Below, in pieces: positions 5,959 to 16,700 of a stretch of 25,906 nt of DNA (position 1 is the stretch's first letter; each line of letters opens with the position of its first letter). The position numbers and the translations under genes are program-made. The DNA is from a virus (lineage: Duplodnaviria; Caudoviricetes). The stretch covers positions 1-25,906 of the IMG/VR virus record IMGVR_UViG_3300017721_001597, one strand, 5' to 3'. The notes under the pieces are model-generated. The model made no database searches. It was not told where the DNA came from and saw only the letters and a program-made list of their open reading frames with translations.

Positions 5959-8382
5959 TTATCTTACGATAACTGTAATAACATCATCAACTTCAAGTGG
6001 GAATGCAAATAGCAATTCTTCACCAGCAGTGTTCCAGTCATAATCAGAGTTTGCTCCAATTGGAGTACCATTCTTATAACCAACTAACAATTGACCATTA
6101 ACATATACATCAATGATTGCGTTAGAAGCGTTTAAGATTGCTGATCTTTCTGCTGCAGTAAAACCAGAGTAATCGTAAACATAGTCACCATTAGCATCAG
6201 TAGAGCTAATAGCAGCTGATAATTTAGCATTAACCTTCTTTGCTGCAGAAGCTGAAGCAGCTGAAGACGATTTCCAAGCCAACTGTCCTGCACCGTCAGA
6301 TACAAGAACGTAATCAGCTGCAACTGCATCAGCAGCTGGGAATGCATATGAAACGCTGTTTGACTTAAGCATCAACTCATTACCAGAAGACCATACTGCT
6401 TCAGCAGCATCGTTGAATTCAAGCTTCTTGGTTCCATCGATCAACAATGAAGAAGCACTTCCGTCGATTCTTGCAATTTCAGCAGGTGGGTTAACACCAT
6501 CGTCATGAGCAAATACGATATCGTTAGAGATCAACTTCATGTCTCCTGCATCTTGAGTAATCTTACCGAATTCTCCACCAGACTGCATAAATTTAAATGC
6601 ACCGTGCTGAGAGTTAAGTTCCATTGCGTTATTGATGTCGATATAGTCAGAAGCACTGTCGATTTCGATTTTAGCAGCTCTCAAGTAACCACTAACTTCT
6701 TCGTCTCCAGTAACAGCCAATTTAGTTTGATCAAAAACCAACTTAGCTTCGTCTTTCATAGAACCGTCTGCATCAACAATGTACAAGCGCTGAGCTGTAT
6801 CACCATCAATAGAGATAGAAGCTGCTTCTAAAGAACCAGCGATATCTGCAGAACCAGCTGTCATGGCGTTAGTAATTGCTGCCGAAGCTGCTGTTACTGC
6901 GCCTGTGATAGCTGCTGAAGCTGCTGAAGCTGCACCAGTTACTGTCAATGCTCCGCCAACTGAAGCGTCACCAGAAATATCAGCAGTAGCTGATGCCATC
7001 TCAGATGAGAACGTTCCGTTAACTGCTGATAAATCAGCTGAGAGTACTGCGCCGGCTGCGTCTAAGTCTTTGATTTCCAAGTCAGCAAAACTAGCACCAA
7101 GCTTAAGTTGCATTTCTTGATTAGCAGAGTTCCACTGGAAAGTTAAATCGTCACCAGTTCCACCTTCCATAGTAATACCGGCACCGTTGATAACAGCAGC
7201 AGTTGAGTTATTACTATCAAGAATGATGTTGTGATCAGCAATTGTAACTTCTTCTGTGTTAACTGTTGTTGTAGCACCAGAAACAGTCAAGTTTCCAGAG
7301 ATAACAACGTTAGCGTCAAAAGTAGCTGCTTCGTCTACAGACAAAGTACCGCGGATATTAGTCAAAACGCCTGGAGCTGCGAAAGAAGATGCACCAGCTA
7401 CGTCTATCTCACCGTTAAGGTCAGCGTTTCCAGTTACTTCCATTGTTGAAGCGAAAGTAGCAGCGTCAGCAACAGCCAAAGTCGACTGAAGATCGGCAGC
7501 GCCTTCGATTTCAACAGCTGCTTTGAATTCAGCTGAACCAGAAGCAATCATTGCTCCTTTAAAATCAGATGCTCCAGCAACGTCTAAACGAGCGCCAGCA
7601 GAAAGATCCGAAGAAATTGCAGCTGTTCCAGTTACTGATAATTCAGAACCGTCAAAAGTCAAGTTAGCGCTATCTTCAAGCTCACCAGCTGTACCAGCTA
7701 ATGCAACTCTTCCTGCTGTCAAGTCAGAAACTTGCAATGAAGAGAACTCAGAAGCTTCAGCAGAAATTCCGCCTTGTGCTGTATAAGTTACATTAGAGTT
7801 TTCGATTAATTCTCCGTTCAATCCAACAAGAACAATGTGTCCGTCAGAAAGATCTTCGATTTTAGCAGAGTTTAAAGTAGCTCCGCCGTCAACTTCGAAT
7901 GCACCAACAACTTTAGCGTCTTTTGCGATTGCAACGTGTCCTGAAATACCAACGTCAGGATCAGAAGCAGCAGATGTGCCAGAAGCAGCTGAAAATGTAA
8001 TTGCGCCTGCAGCTGCCAATTCAGCTTGCAAGTTAACATTACCTTGAACGTCTAATTCAGCGTTAAGATCAGCATTTCCTTCTACTGCTAAAGTAGAAGC
8101 TAAAGAAGCTGCAGCAGCAACTGCCAAAGTCGACTGAAGATCAGCAGCACCATCAACTTGAAGTGTAGACTCAAATTGAGAAGCGTGTCCGAAAACACCA
8201 GCTGCTTTGTTTGTGAAATCTTTTTCACCGTGAATACGAGCAATTGCTTGTCCCATTTCACTTAAAACTTCTCCTAAATGCTCAGCAGGCAAAGAAGCTA
8301 ATGCAACTTCTGAACCTAATGAACCAGGAGCTTGAAGAGACCCAGTCAATTGCTGAAGTCTGATTTGTGTACGTGAAGCCAT
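5959..8382 (-). CDS. Ala/Ser/Gly/Asp-rich fibre-like virion protein (807 aa)
   Basis: Repeating short beta motifs (LxVxGxA), segment SGNLTVSGATTTVNTEEVTIADHNIIL..N typical of phage fibre proteins, C-terminal VYVNGQLL...DDVITV domain; AAGGAG RBS and its own terminator. Confidence 0.75.
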   Translation of the reverse strand: MASRTQIRLQQLTGSLQAPGSLGSEVALASLPAEHLGEVLSEMGQAIARIHGEKDFTNKAAGVFGHASQFESTLQVDGAADLQSTLAVAAAASLASTLAVEGNADLNAELDVQGNVNLQAELAAAGAITFSAASGTSAASDPDVGISGHVAIAKDAKVVGAFEVDGGATLNSAKIEDLSDGHIVLVGLNGELIENSNVTYTAQGGISAEASEFSSLQVSDLTAGRVALAGTAGELEDSANLTFDGSELSVTGTAAISSDLSAGARLDVAGASDFKGAMIASGSAEFKAAVEIEGAADLQSTLAVADAATFASTMEVTGNADLNGEIDVAGASSFAAPGVLTNIRGTLSVDEAATFDANVVISGNLTVSGATTTVNTEEVTIADHNIILDSNNSTAAVINGAGITMEGGTGDDLTFQWNSANQEMQLKLGASFADLEIKDLDAAGAVLSADLSAVNGTFSSEMASATADISGDASVGGALTVTGAASAASAAITGAVTAASAAITNAMTAGSADIAGSLEAASISIDGDTAQRLYIVDADGSMKDEAKLVFDQTKLAVTGDEEVSGYLRAAKIEIDSASDYIDINNAMELNSQHGAFKFMQSGGEFGKITQDAGDMKLISNDIVFAHDDGVNPPAEIARIDGSASSLLIDGTKKLEFNDAAEAVWSSGNELMLKSNSVSYAFPAADAVAADYVLVSDGAGQLAWKSSSAASASAAKKVNAKLSAAISSTDANGDYVYDYSGFTAAERSAILNASNAIIDVYVNGQLLVGYKNGTPIGANSDYDWNTAGEELLFAFPLEVDDVITVIVR
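7475..8142. repeat. Intragenic direct repeat; exact 20-bp core GCCAAAGTCGACTGAAGATC at 7475-7494 and 8123-8142
   Basis: Encodes the duplicated peptide GAADLQSTLAVA...GNADLN in the 807-aa protein. Confidence 0.9.
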
Positions 8383-8600
8383 GATTTTCTCCTTGTGTTA
8401 AATAATAGCTTTTATAGACAATTGTCTACATATTTCGAATAACACAACAAGATGAGTATTAACTCATCTACTAAATTCAACCCAGATATTAACAAAACTT
8501 ATTTAACTTAAACTCTATATACGTTATATTCTAAACTTTTTAAGTTGAAAAATCATCTTCTATAATAACTATCAACTAAAAAGAGAACATTCATAATAAT

Positions 8601-8813
8601 TTACTTAAAAAGAATATTTTTAAGATTTTTAACGTGTGCATCAAACTTGGCAGCTTCACTATTGATATAATCAACAGCAAGAGAAGTGGCTTTCCCTTCC
8701 GGGTCATCAAAAACAAACTTAAACCTTCCTGAGTTTTCTCTTTCAGCAACAGTAAGCTTTAAACCACGCATCATTAAATATGCAGCCAATGCAATATCTG
8801 AAGTGTTATACAT
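8601..8813 (-). CDS. Small DUF5659-like protein (70 aa)
   Basis: YNTSDIALAAYLMMRGLKL...GRFKFVF...Y...F...KNLK matches my recollection of the small phage DUF5659 family; starts 1 nt after the upstream stop. Confidence 0.7.
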   Translation of the reverse strand: MYNTSDIALAAYLMMRGLKLTVAERENSGRFKFVFDDPEGKATSLAVDYINSEAAKFDAHVKNLKNILFK

Positions 8814-8814
8814 T

Positions 8815-11800
8815 TTATATTACCCTATTGTAAATTGCCATTATCAAACTCCCAGATGTGGGTGTCGATAAAGATGAAAAATTAATTTGATTACCAGCGA
8901 CTTGATAATCAAATGTTGCGGCTGAGCCGGAGGGAACTTTGAGATTCCCGTCAACAAATATACTTATCTCGTTAGAAGACCATGGAACATGATTTAAGTG
9001 AAAATTTTGATTAATTCCGTCAGTACCACCTTGCAGTACTTCATTGAATATCATTTCTTTATCATTTTTAATAAAAATATTTTCTGTATTAGTTTCGACG
9101 CTAATACCGTTTGAACCCGTGACTTGCAAAGTGTTATTTAAAAGTGATTTATTTGACGTAACAAAGATCGTATCTGCAAAAGCGTTTTCATATCCTGGGA
9201 CTAGCAAATCAAAAGTAATTACATCACCCGGTGTAATCACATCAGCAAATTTTAGAACTGTACTATTTTCAATAAAGTAATCAGCTCTTCCTGATTGAAT
9301 GTTTGTCAAGGTTCCGGGTAGTAATAATTGTCCGTTTAAATAGACCATTAAAACATCTTTACTGTAGATATCTAAATCAAAAGGTAGATCTGTAAAAGAT
9401 ACCGCTGACAAAGCATTGTATTGTTGCGTCATCTTTCTTGTTTCTTTTATTTTTGAGTTTAGTTCGCTTCCTTCGTTTTCTTCATCGTCTTCGCCGCCAC
9501 CTGTCGAGAAAGGATTAGGTATTTTAAATAACAGAGTGATAATATCTGTGGCATATAAATCACTATCAAAGATAAGTCTGTTTTGTCCAAAAATAGTGTA
9601 AGGTTGCGTCCCACTATTTGCCAGACTCTCAATTCTAGATAACTGCTGGCCGTTAACGTAAACTTCAAATTTATCGTAATCATTATCTATGATTGCAAAG
9701 TCAAAGTTAAACCAAACTTTTGTTCCTGCTGCCTGGTCAGTGCTAAGAATCCTATCATACCTATATTGCCCTCGACTGTCAGATGTGTCATTATAATAAA
9801 CAGCTGTTAATACGTCCTCGGGAAATACCTCTGATGCGAAAGTTACAGTTCCAGTATCTGGACTAACAAAATAGTCTTTGTTTGCGTCAACACTTACTTC
9901 TTGTAGACTACCTGATGATAAAAGTTGACCATTAAGATAAAACTTAATGTTATTGTCGTTGTAATTTGCTAATTCAAAAGTAGACTGATTAAATGAAACT
10001 TGACTTCCGCTCAACCCTGTTTCTGAGTAATTATCTGATGTTTGTGAAACACTACTAGACAAATAACCTTCAAGACCTATTGAAACAGAACCATTAGAAC
10101 CCGTAGAAACAATTACACCATTAATACCTTTTATGTACTGGGTGCCATCAAGTAAAGATGTTAGAGAACCACTTAGACCATGCTGAAATCCTACACTTCC
10201 TGAAAAGACAGGCATTCTGTATGTGGCGTCAAATGATAGTTTACTGTGAGACCTGACTAAGTTTCCAAATGTTACAGGACTCTCTTCACCTAAGTGTAAA
10301 CCGCCCCATCTCCAACGTGTAGTGCCTAAGGTGTAATCTGTTGACAGAATATGACCTACGTTAGCATCTGTATTGTCTACTACGCCTAAAGGTACAATAT
10401 TACCTCTAACACCCAAACCTTCAGAAATTCCATTCTCATTAACGACCTGGTCATCATTATATTGCCCTACAACCAAAACTGACGTTTTTTGATTAGCAAC
10501 AGGTATCGTTCCATCTAAGTTCTTAAACTTATTTCTGGCTTCGTTAATGTAGAAATCAAAAGAAAGATAGTTAACTGCTGATGATCCTGTTAGTTCATTT
10601 ATTTGAGCACGAATCAGAATATTCTCTTGATCATCCTCAGGAGAATCATTTGTTGGGCCGGCAAATGCTATTTCTCCCATCTGGTATGCTTTCGTACCTG
10701 AAGCGAACGACGATAGATTATTAGACAAGAGTATAGTCGGCCTCTCGTAAGGTTCAGAGTTTGTATTGATCATGTTAAACTGAGGCATGTTAAAACCGTT
10801 CTGATCATTTGTCATGACCAAATTACCCATGTTAATTCTCATTCCGTCGCTGCTGTCAAAGCCCGTAATATCAATTGAACCGGTGACCTGCAAATCCCCT
10901 TCAAAACCCTTGCTGTTAAGAGTTAAAAGGCTTTTGGAACTAGTTACAATAGATCCGTCTGATCCTGTTAAAGGCGCTCCGTCATCGCCCAAAACCTGTT
11001 GTTCTTCACCAAACTGAAAACTCGTAAAAACTTTAATTGGCGACTGACTCTCTAACTGTGTTATTGATACTGGCCCTAGGAATGCTGATGCGCCGTTAAC
11101 AAAAAGTGCGGGATCTTGGGCCAAAATTAAACTCTTTCTTAAGGTCAGATCCCTTTCTGCAGTTTGTGTTTGTATGTCACTAATATCATTCGTATTTGCG
11201 TTTAAAAGTGTCCTGTTTGTCTCTATGGCGTAGTCTCTGCCGGTTGGATCAGATATGTTTGTATTGTAAAGTGCTCTGTAATAAAGGTATTCGTCATAAT
11301 CTTTAAAGTAATTATAAACTTCATTAAACTTTAAATTAGCAAAGTATCCAGTAGTGTTTCTTGTATTGCTGTCAAACTGTGTCGATATCGCACCATTAAC
11401 TTGAACTGTGTAGCCTGCATTATTATAAACACTAATTGATGACGGATCTCTGTATGAAAAAGTAAAATTGTTAAATGTTACTTGTGGATCAAGGGTATAT
11501 CTTAAATCAACGCTAGTAGATTCAAACCCAGGATAATTTTCTACAATATCGTCATAAAGCGCAATTAATTTTTGATACGTATCTATCACAGTAGGCACAT
11601 AATAGTATCTTAATCTTGCGTAAGGAAAGGGGCTAAAGGTTGTGAAGGGAAAATTCCCACTATTTAGTAGACTAGGGTTCCAAGAAGAGTGCACTAGCTG
11701 ACTTATTTGATCCCACTTAAATTGGTTATAATTAGCAGGATCGCCTAATGACGATATCTGACTACTGGTGTTTACAGGGTTATTGTTCCAATTCTCAATA

Positions 11801-13770
11801 GCTTTTGACAAAGTAGCTAACATTGTGTAAAGACAACCAAATAGAGTTGTATTAGTGAGTTTCGGACTATTCCTTCTAAAACTTAAGTCAGCGGCCGGTG
11901 ATATGCAAGTATTTAAAATCGCGTCTTTGTTTGTTGTCAAATACCTGTCGGTCAATTCAGTTCTTCGATTAACAGACACTTTTGTACCTGCTTTAATCCG
12001 TTCTATTAAGTTGTTACTTAAGTAATATGAATAAAGCTGTTCCCACTTCCTACCTAGAGGATCTAATATTTGACGATCAATAGCCTTGATACTTGAGTTA
12101 GCTATGTTTCCAGAGCTGTCTGAGTAATGTCTCAGCTCATGCTTTGATGCGTCTGATCCCGTCACATAATTTTCAAAAGCTTCAGAATTAATATCAATAA
12201 AATTTTGGCGAGTAATATCAATTGGCTGACTAGGTAAAAATACATTTATTGAAAAATTAGAAAGTGTTTCTGTTATATTGTTCCGTGTGTATGTATAGTC
12301 AAGCAAATTAATTTCTTCATTTGACGTACTTCTTAGCCCGGGCCACGCGCTTACAGTGCTAGCATTATTATAAGACAGCGATCCTGCAGCTGTTGTAGAA
12401 TCTTCAGACATGTCTGTTTCAATTGTTGTATCAAAGCTAATTGTATTGTTTCCATTGTTGAAAAAGTCATATGAAAAATTTAAGTCAGAATTAATATCTG
12501 ATAAATAACTCCCTCTATAAGCGTAGCTTTGATTGTCATAACTGTTGTTGCTTTGTAATTCTTCATAGGGTGCAGGATTCCCTTGATGTGTTGCGTCAAA
12601 AATAAAATTATGTTGCGTTGACAAAACTGATGAAGTTTCTGTGTCGTGCACAAAAATTATCTTAGAGTTTTGAGTTGTGCCCATTACGGGTAGGGTTTTA
12701 GGTCCGTAAAAACCATCAGTAAGAACACTCTCGATATTACTAGGAATTCCGGAATATTGAACCATGTAGATTAAGTCTGAATTTGAACCGGTTGACTTAG
12801 CATATACAGGGGAAACATAGCTTCTTTTTTCAAAAGAACCCAAATCGTTAATTGTTAATAAACTACCAGTGTAGTCATTCAATGCAAACTGGTGTTTAAT
12901 GCCTTTTGCATCATCAATTATTGATGTACTATTAGCCAAATTAAAAGATCCGCTTACGACAACGTCTCCGCCAAAAACAGAATTATTTTGACCGTCTAAA
13001 GAACCACTTACAAAAAAGAATGTATCACTACCTACATTGCTAGTATTAAAATTGTAACCTTCCCCACCGGAAAAAGACATTGAGCCAGTGGCACTTAAAA
13101 AATTACTAGAAATACTTTGAATATACTCATTGTCGCCTGATGCTGATGCATTTGCAATTTGATCGTTTAAGTAATTTCCTATATAAACAAAGCACTTAGC
13201 TGTTGCAGGTATTTTATTAGCATCAAAGTCTTGCAAGAATAAAATACCGTTATAATAATCAACGCTCCAGTCTATTTCATCAGCAAGAGGTATTTCAGTG
13301 CCATTACTATCAAATATTTTTATATTGTATGGGTTGGGTACTAACTCAGAATAAAATGTAGAAACCAACTGTGCTCTTCCAAGATACTCATGAACATACG
13401 AGCTGTTAGTAAAATTTGATGATGAAGTTGAATTTGTCTCATAGTCAGACTTGAATTTAAATCTGTAACTATGAAAACCTGATATTTGCGACCCTTCTCC
13501 GCCAACTGACTCTGATGCTAAGTACTTTGTACCACTAATTTGCTCTAAATCGAACTCAAGATATTCAACTATACCATCATTTCCATATATGGTTGAAATT
13601 GAACTAAATGGGTCGCTTGTTACAGTTTCTCCAAATATGATATTTGCATTGGTTTGAATATTTGAGGATATTGCTTCTTCGTAATCTTTTTTAAGAATTG
13701 ACGTATTTGCTTTTCCCAGAAGCTTTTTTTGAGAAAAATAAGTAGCTGTTATATTAGTTTTACCTGCCAT
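8815..13770 (-). CDS. Large multidomain putative virion structural protein (1651 aa)
   Basis: S/T/N/G-rich; motifs DWSVDYYNGILF and FFVSGS...VFGGDVVVSGS; four C-terminal repeats of a (Y/F)(L/V)(N/D)G..L domain; no catalytic motif recognised. Confidence 0.75.
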   Translation of the reverse strand: MAGKTNITATYFSQKKLLGKANTSILKKDYEEAISSNIQTNANIIFGETVTSDPFSSISTIYGNDGIVEYLEFDLEQISGTKYLASESVGGEGSQISGFHSYRFKFKSDYETNSTSSSNFTNSSYVHEYLGRAQLVSTFYSELVPNPYNIKIFDSNGTEIPLADEIDWSVDYYNGILFLQDFDANKIPATAKCFVYIGNYLNDQIANASASGDNEYIQSISSNFLSATGSMSFSGGEGYNFNTSNVGSDTFFFVSGSLDGQNNSVFGGDVVVSGSFNLANSTSIIDDAKGIKHQFALNDYTGSLLTINDLGSFEKRSYVSPVYAKSTGSNSDLIYMVQYSGIPSNIESVLTDGFYGPKTLPVMGTTQNSKIIFVHDTETSSVLSTQHNFIFDATHQGNPAPYEELQSNNSYDNQSYAYRGSYLSDINSDLNFSYDFFNNGNNTISFDTTIETDMSEDSTTAAGSLSYNNASTVSAWPGLRSTSNEEINLLDYTYTRNNITETLSNFSINVFLPSQPIDITRQNFIDINSEAFENYVTGSDASKHELRHYSDSSGNIANSSIKAIDRQILDPLGRKWEQLYSYYLSNNLIERIKAGTKVSVNRRTELTDRYLTTNKDAILNTCISPAADLSFRRNSPKLTNTTLFGCLYTMLATLSKAIENWNNNPVNTSSQISSLGDPANYNQFKWDQISQLVHSSWNPSLLNSGNFPFTTFSPFPYARLRYYYVPTVIDTYQKLIALYDDIVENYPGFESTSVDLRYTLDPQVTFNNFTFSYRDPSSISVYNNAGYTVQVNGAISTQFDSNTRNTTGYFANLKFNEVYNYFKDYDEYLYYRALYNTNISDPTGRDYAIETNRTLLNANTNDISDIQTQTAERDLTLRKSLILAQDPALFVNGASAFLGPVSITQLESQSPIKVFTSFQFGEEQQVLGDDGAPLTGSDGSIVTSSKSLLTLNSKGFEGDLQVTGSIDITGFDSSDGMRINMGNLVMTNDQNGFNMPQFNMINTNSEPYERPTILLSNNLSSFASGTKAYQMGEIAFAGPTNDSPEDDQENILIRAQINELTGSSAVNYLSFDFYINEARNKFKNLDGTIPVANQKTSVLVVGQYNDDQVVNENGISEGLGVRGNIVPLGVVDNTDANVGHILSTDYTLGTTRWRWGGLHLGEESPVTFGNLVRSHSKLSFDATYRMPVFSGSVGFQHGLSGSLTSLLDGTQYIKGINGVIVSTGSNGSVSIGLEGYLSSSVSQTSDNYSETGLSGSQVSFNQSTFELANYNDNNIKFYLNGQLLSSGSLQEVSVDANKDYFVSPDTGTVTFASEVFPEDVLTAVYYNDTSDSRGQYRYDRILSTDQAAGTKVWFNFDFAIIDNDYDKFEVYVNGQQLSRIESLANSGTQPYTIFGQNRLIFDSDLYATDIITLLFKIPNPFSTGGGEDDEENEGSELNSKIKETRKMTQQYNALSAVSFTDLPFDLDIYSKDVLMVYLNGQLLLPGTLTNIQSGRADYFIENSTVLKFADVITPGDVITFDLLVPGYENAFADTIFVTSNKSLLNNTLQVTGSNGISVETNTENIFIKNDKEMIFNEVLQGGTDGINQNFHLNHVPWSSNEISIFVDGNLKVPSGSAATFDYQVAGNQINFSSLSTPTSGSLIMAIYNRVI

Positions 13771-13776
13771 CTTTAA

Positions 13777-16700
13777 TTACCCCCACCCAATTGTGATCTG
13801 AGAAATATATCCGGTCCAGCCCTTGTTTGCTGTTATTTTTATAACAAAGTAGTCTGCGTTGCCATCTACAGTTGTTGTACCAAATGAACAAGTATTAGTT
13901 GCTCCTGACGATGTAATGTTTGATGTAAAATTTCCTACATAACAGCCAGAACCATCTGACGATGATCCATCAGTCGGATTACCTAGATCCATCCATCCAG
14001 TTTTACCTGGAGTTTTTATCTCAACATTAACGTTTTTATTAGCACTTAAAGGTGTCGCTGTATTGACGATAGATGCATCGCCTTCCAGTGTAATTGTTAG
14101 GCTTGCAATGTCATTGTCTGTATTATTAAAGAAGTGTCTATAAAAGGTGAGATCATTATTTCCTAAAACACTATAATTGACATTATTGTCTGGGCTGATA
14201 AATACACCACCGTCATTAACGTTTCTGAAGTCACCTGAATTTCCAGCATTGACTGGTGATAGCAACTTCGTGCCATGTAAAATAAGCCCACCGTAGTAAC
14301 CTGTTTGACTTGGATTGTTAACTGAGAATTCGGATTCCCAATTATAATTGCCGTTTGTTACATCAACCTGATTGTTAAAATTTCCTGACTTAAGTCTAAA
14401 ATTTTCACTGTCAAAGTTTTCATTACTTGAGGCGTCTGACGTATTGGTTGACGAATAAACTAAAAAAGGCGATGACGTAATTAAGCTTGACGTTGTTGTG
14501 CCTTTGAGCGGGTGAATTACTTTTATTTTTCCCGATATTGTTTTAGGGCTCTGACTTTCAAAAGATCCGCTAATTGATGTTGTCTGATTAAACGCCAAAG
14601 ATCCTGTCACGTTCAATTCAGTCAAGTTAGAATCATTACTTGTATTAAGTATCTGTAAAGATGTACTAGCACCACTTGATGTTTTTGTACTTGTCAACCC
14701 TGATCCGTTCATTTCTATATTTGTACATGTAGAGTTTGTTAAGTTTATTATAGCAACGGCATTTGAAGCATCTGAGTATACATTTTGATATAAGTTAACA
14801 ACATTTGTCTTTATTACACCAGTTGGGTTAATAAAATATTTAACACCGCTTAAGAAAAAAGTATTTGATGACGTAAAATCTGCAATTACTGAATTAGAAA
14901 AACTAATGTTATTTGTCTGACTAGTTGAATCGTTGACCCATTTTACTTCATTTGTTATTCTTTCTTCAGAACCAATCCTGTGTATAACTTTTAGCGTATT
15001 TTCACCGTCGTCTTGGATCGTCGCCTTAATGATGTAGCTAGCTGTTCTGTAAAACTGTAAGTAATTAGGTACCCCATTAGAATACTTTAATGCTGGCACT
15101 GACTCTGATATCGCAGTAAACCCTGAACCGTTTGTTAGCGACGGCCCTGATGTATGTGTTGTCAAGTTAACATCTTGTATTTTAATTCCGTTTAAATAAA
15201 GTTCTAAATTTCCTTGATCACCATCTAAAAAAGAATAAGCAGGGTACCCGGGAGTAACAGCGTTTACTGCTTCATTAACCTTTCCTGTAATATCACTTAA
15301 CTTTGTATACACGCCTCTTATTTTTGTTAAGCCTGACGATGTATTTCCATAAAGCTCATTTAGTGCTTTAATAGAAGAGTTTGTGTAATTGTTTATTGAT
15401 TTTGATGCACCAAAACTTAAATTGGCTTGTGATCCTGTTTGATCGATGCCCACACTAGTTACTTCAGAAACAGAAGGAATATTACCAGCACCAGCATTAA
15501 AAGTTAGTTCAAGCTGATCAATGTTACCTTGCCATGTCATATCAGCAACTACTTTTAAAATAATAAAATCATTTTGCAAGATACCTACTGTTCCAAAAGT
15601 CGCGTAATTTACAGCATTAAGCGAATTATCAAAATTTAAAACATAACATCCATCGTTATCGCCATTATTTGAGTAACTGTATGGTGAGCCTAGATCAAGC
15701 CATCCAGTCTTTTCAGGAACTTTAATAAACACTTTTATGTCTGTTGAGTTTAGAGGCTGCGTGTTGGCAACAATATTTGTATTTGAACCGTTAATATCTA
15801 ATCTAATATCGTAAATTGTTGAACCGGTATTTTCAAACTTTCTATAAAAAGTTCTTGAGCCTGTTTCTACTGAATAATCGGGATTGTTGTCCGGTGCGCC
15901 TATTGTAAGACTGGCAAAGTCTCCACCGTTTAAAGTCGAACTAGGAGAGTAGAGTTTTTTGTCATAAAACTGCAAGCCGTCAGAGTATCCTAGGTTACTT
16001 CCCGTCATATGAATTTGACTATCCCATGTTCCCGAGGTTACATCAGATTGATTATCATAAGATCCGCTGATCAATCTATAAGTCTCAGCGCCAAAAGTTT
16101 CTAGAGTGTTAGTAGACGTGTCTGTTACGTTATATATTAAAACATTGCCAGTTGAGGCTTGGCCACCATTTGTTATATTAGTCTTGAATGGGTGTGAAGC
16201 ATTTACACCAACTGTTACGCTACCGCCAAGCATATATTCCGTATTTATATTTGATGATTTTGATATATCTATTATTTTTGTGTGATCTTCACCATTTACT
16301 GTGTCGATCGCCTCTTTAGACAAAGGGGTAAACGTTAAACTAGTGTTGCTGTGATTACCTGAAAATGTTGTGGTAAATGTTGTGTCTACATCATCATAAA
16401 CTTTCTGGTAAGCATTGGCAACTTCTACTTCATAGGTAAATGTTCCACCCGTGAAGTATTTTATTCCTGACAGGTGCGTTGCGCCCGTACCAATAAAAAA
16501 CATACTTTGATTATTGGTTTGCAATTGACTGCCATCTGTATCGTTAACCCATTCTATATAATTGGTGACATATTCTACACCTGATATATCATGTATAACT
16601 CTTGCATAATTCCAGCCTAATCTCTGATCGCTTTGTGATATTCTATAACTGACTGTCCTATGTTTAAAGTTTGGAAATACTGTGCCGTTATCTAATCTTC

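Noticed and set aside
8383-8600. tRNA, CRISPR array or known ncRNA in the largest intergenic gap
   Set aside because: No cloverleaf or T-loop consensus and no regularly spaced repeat-spacer units; only short hairpins and AGTT repeats.
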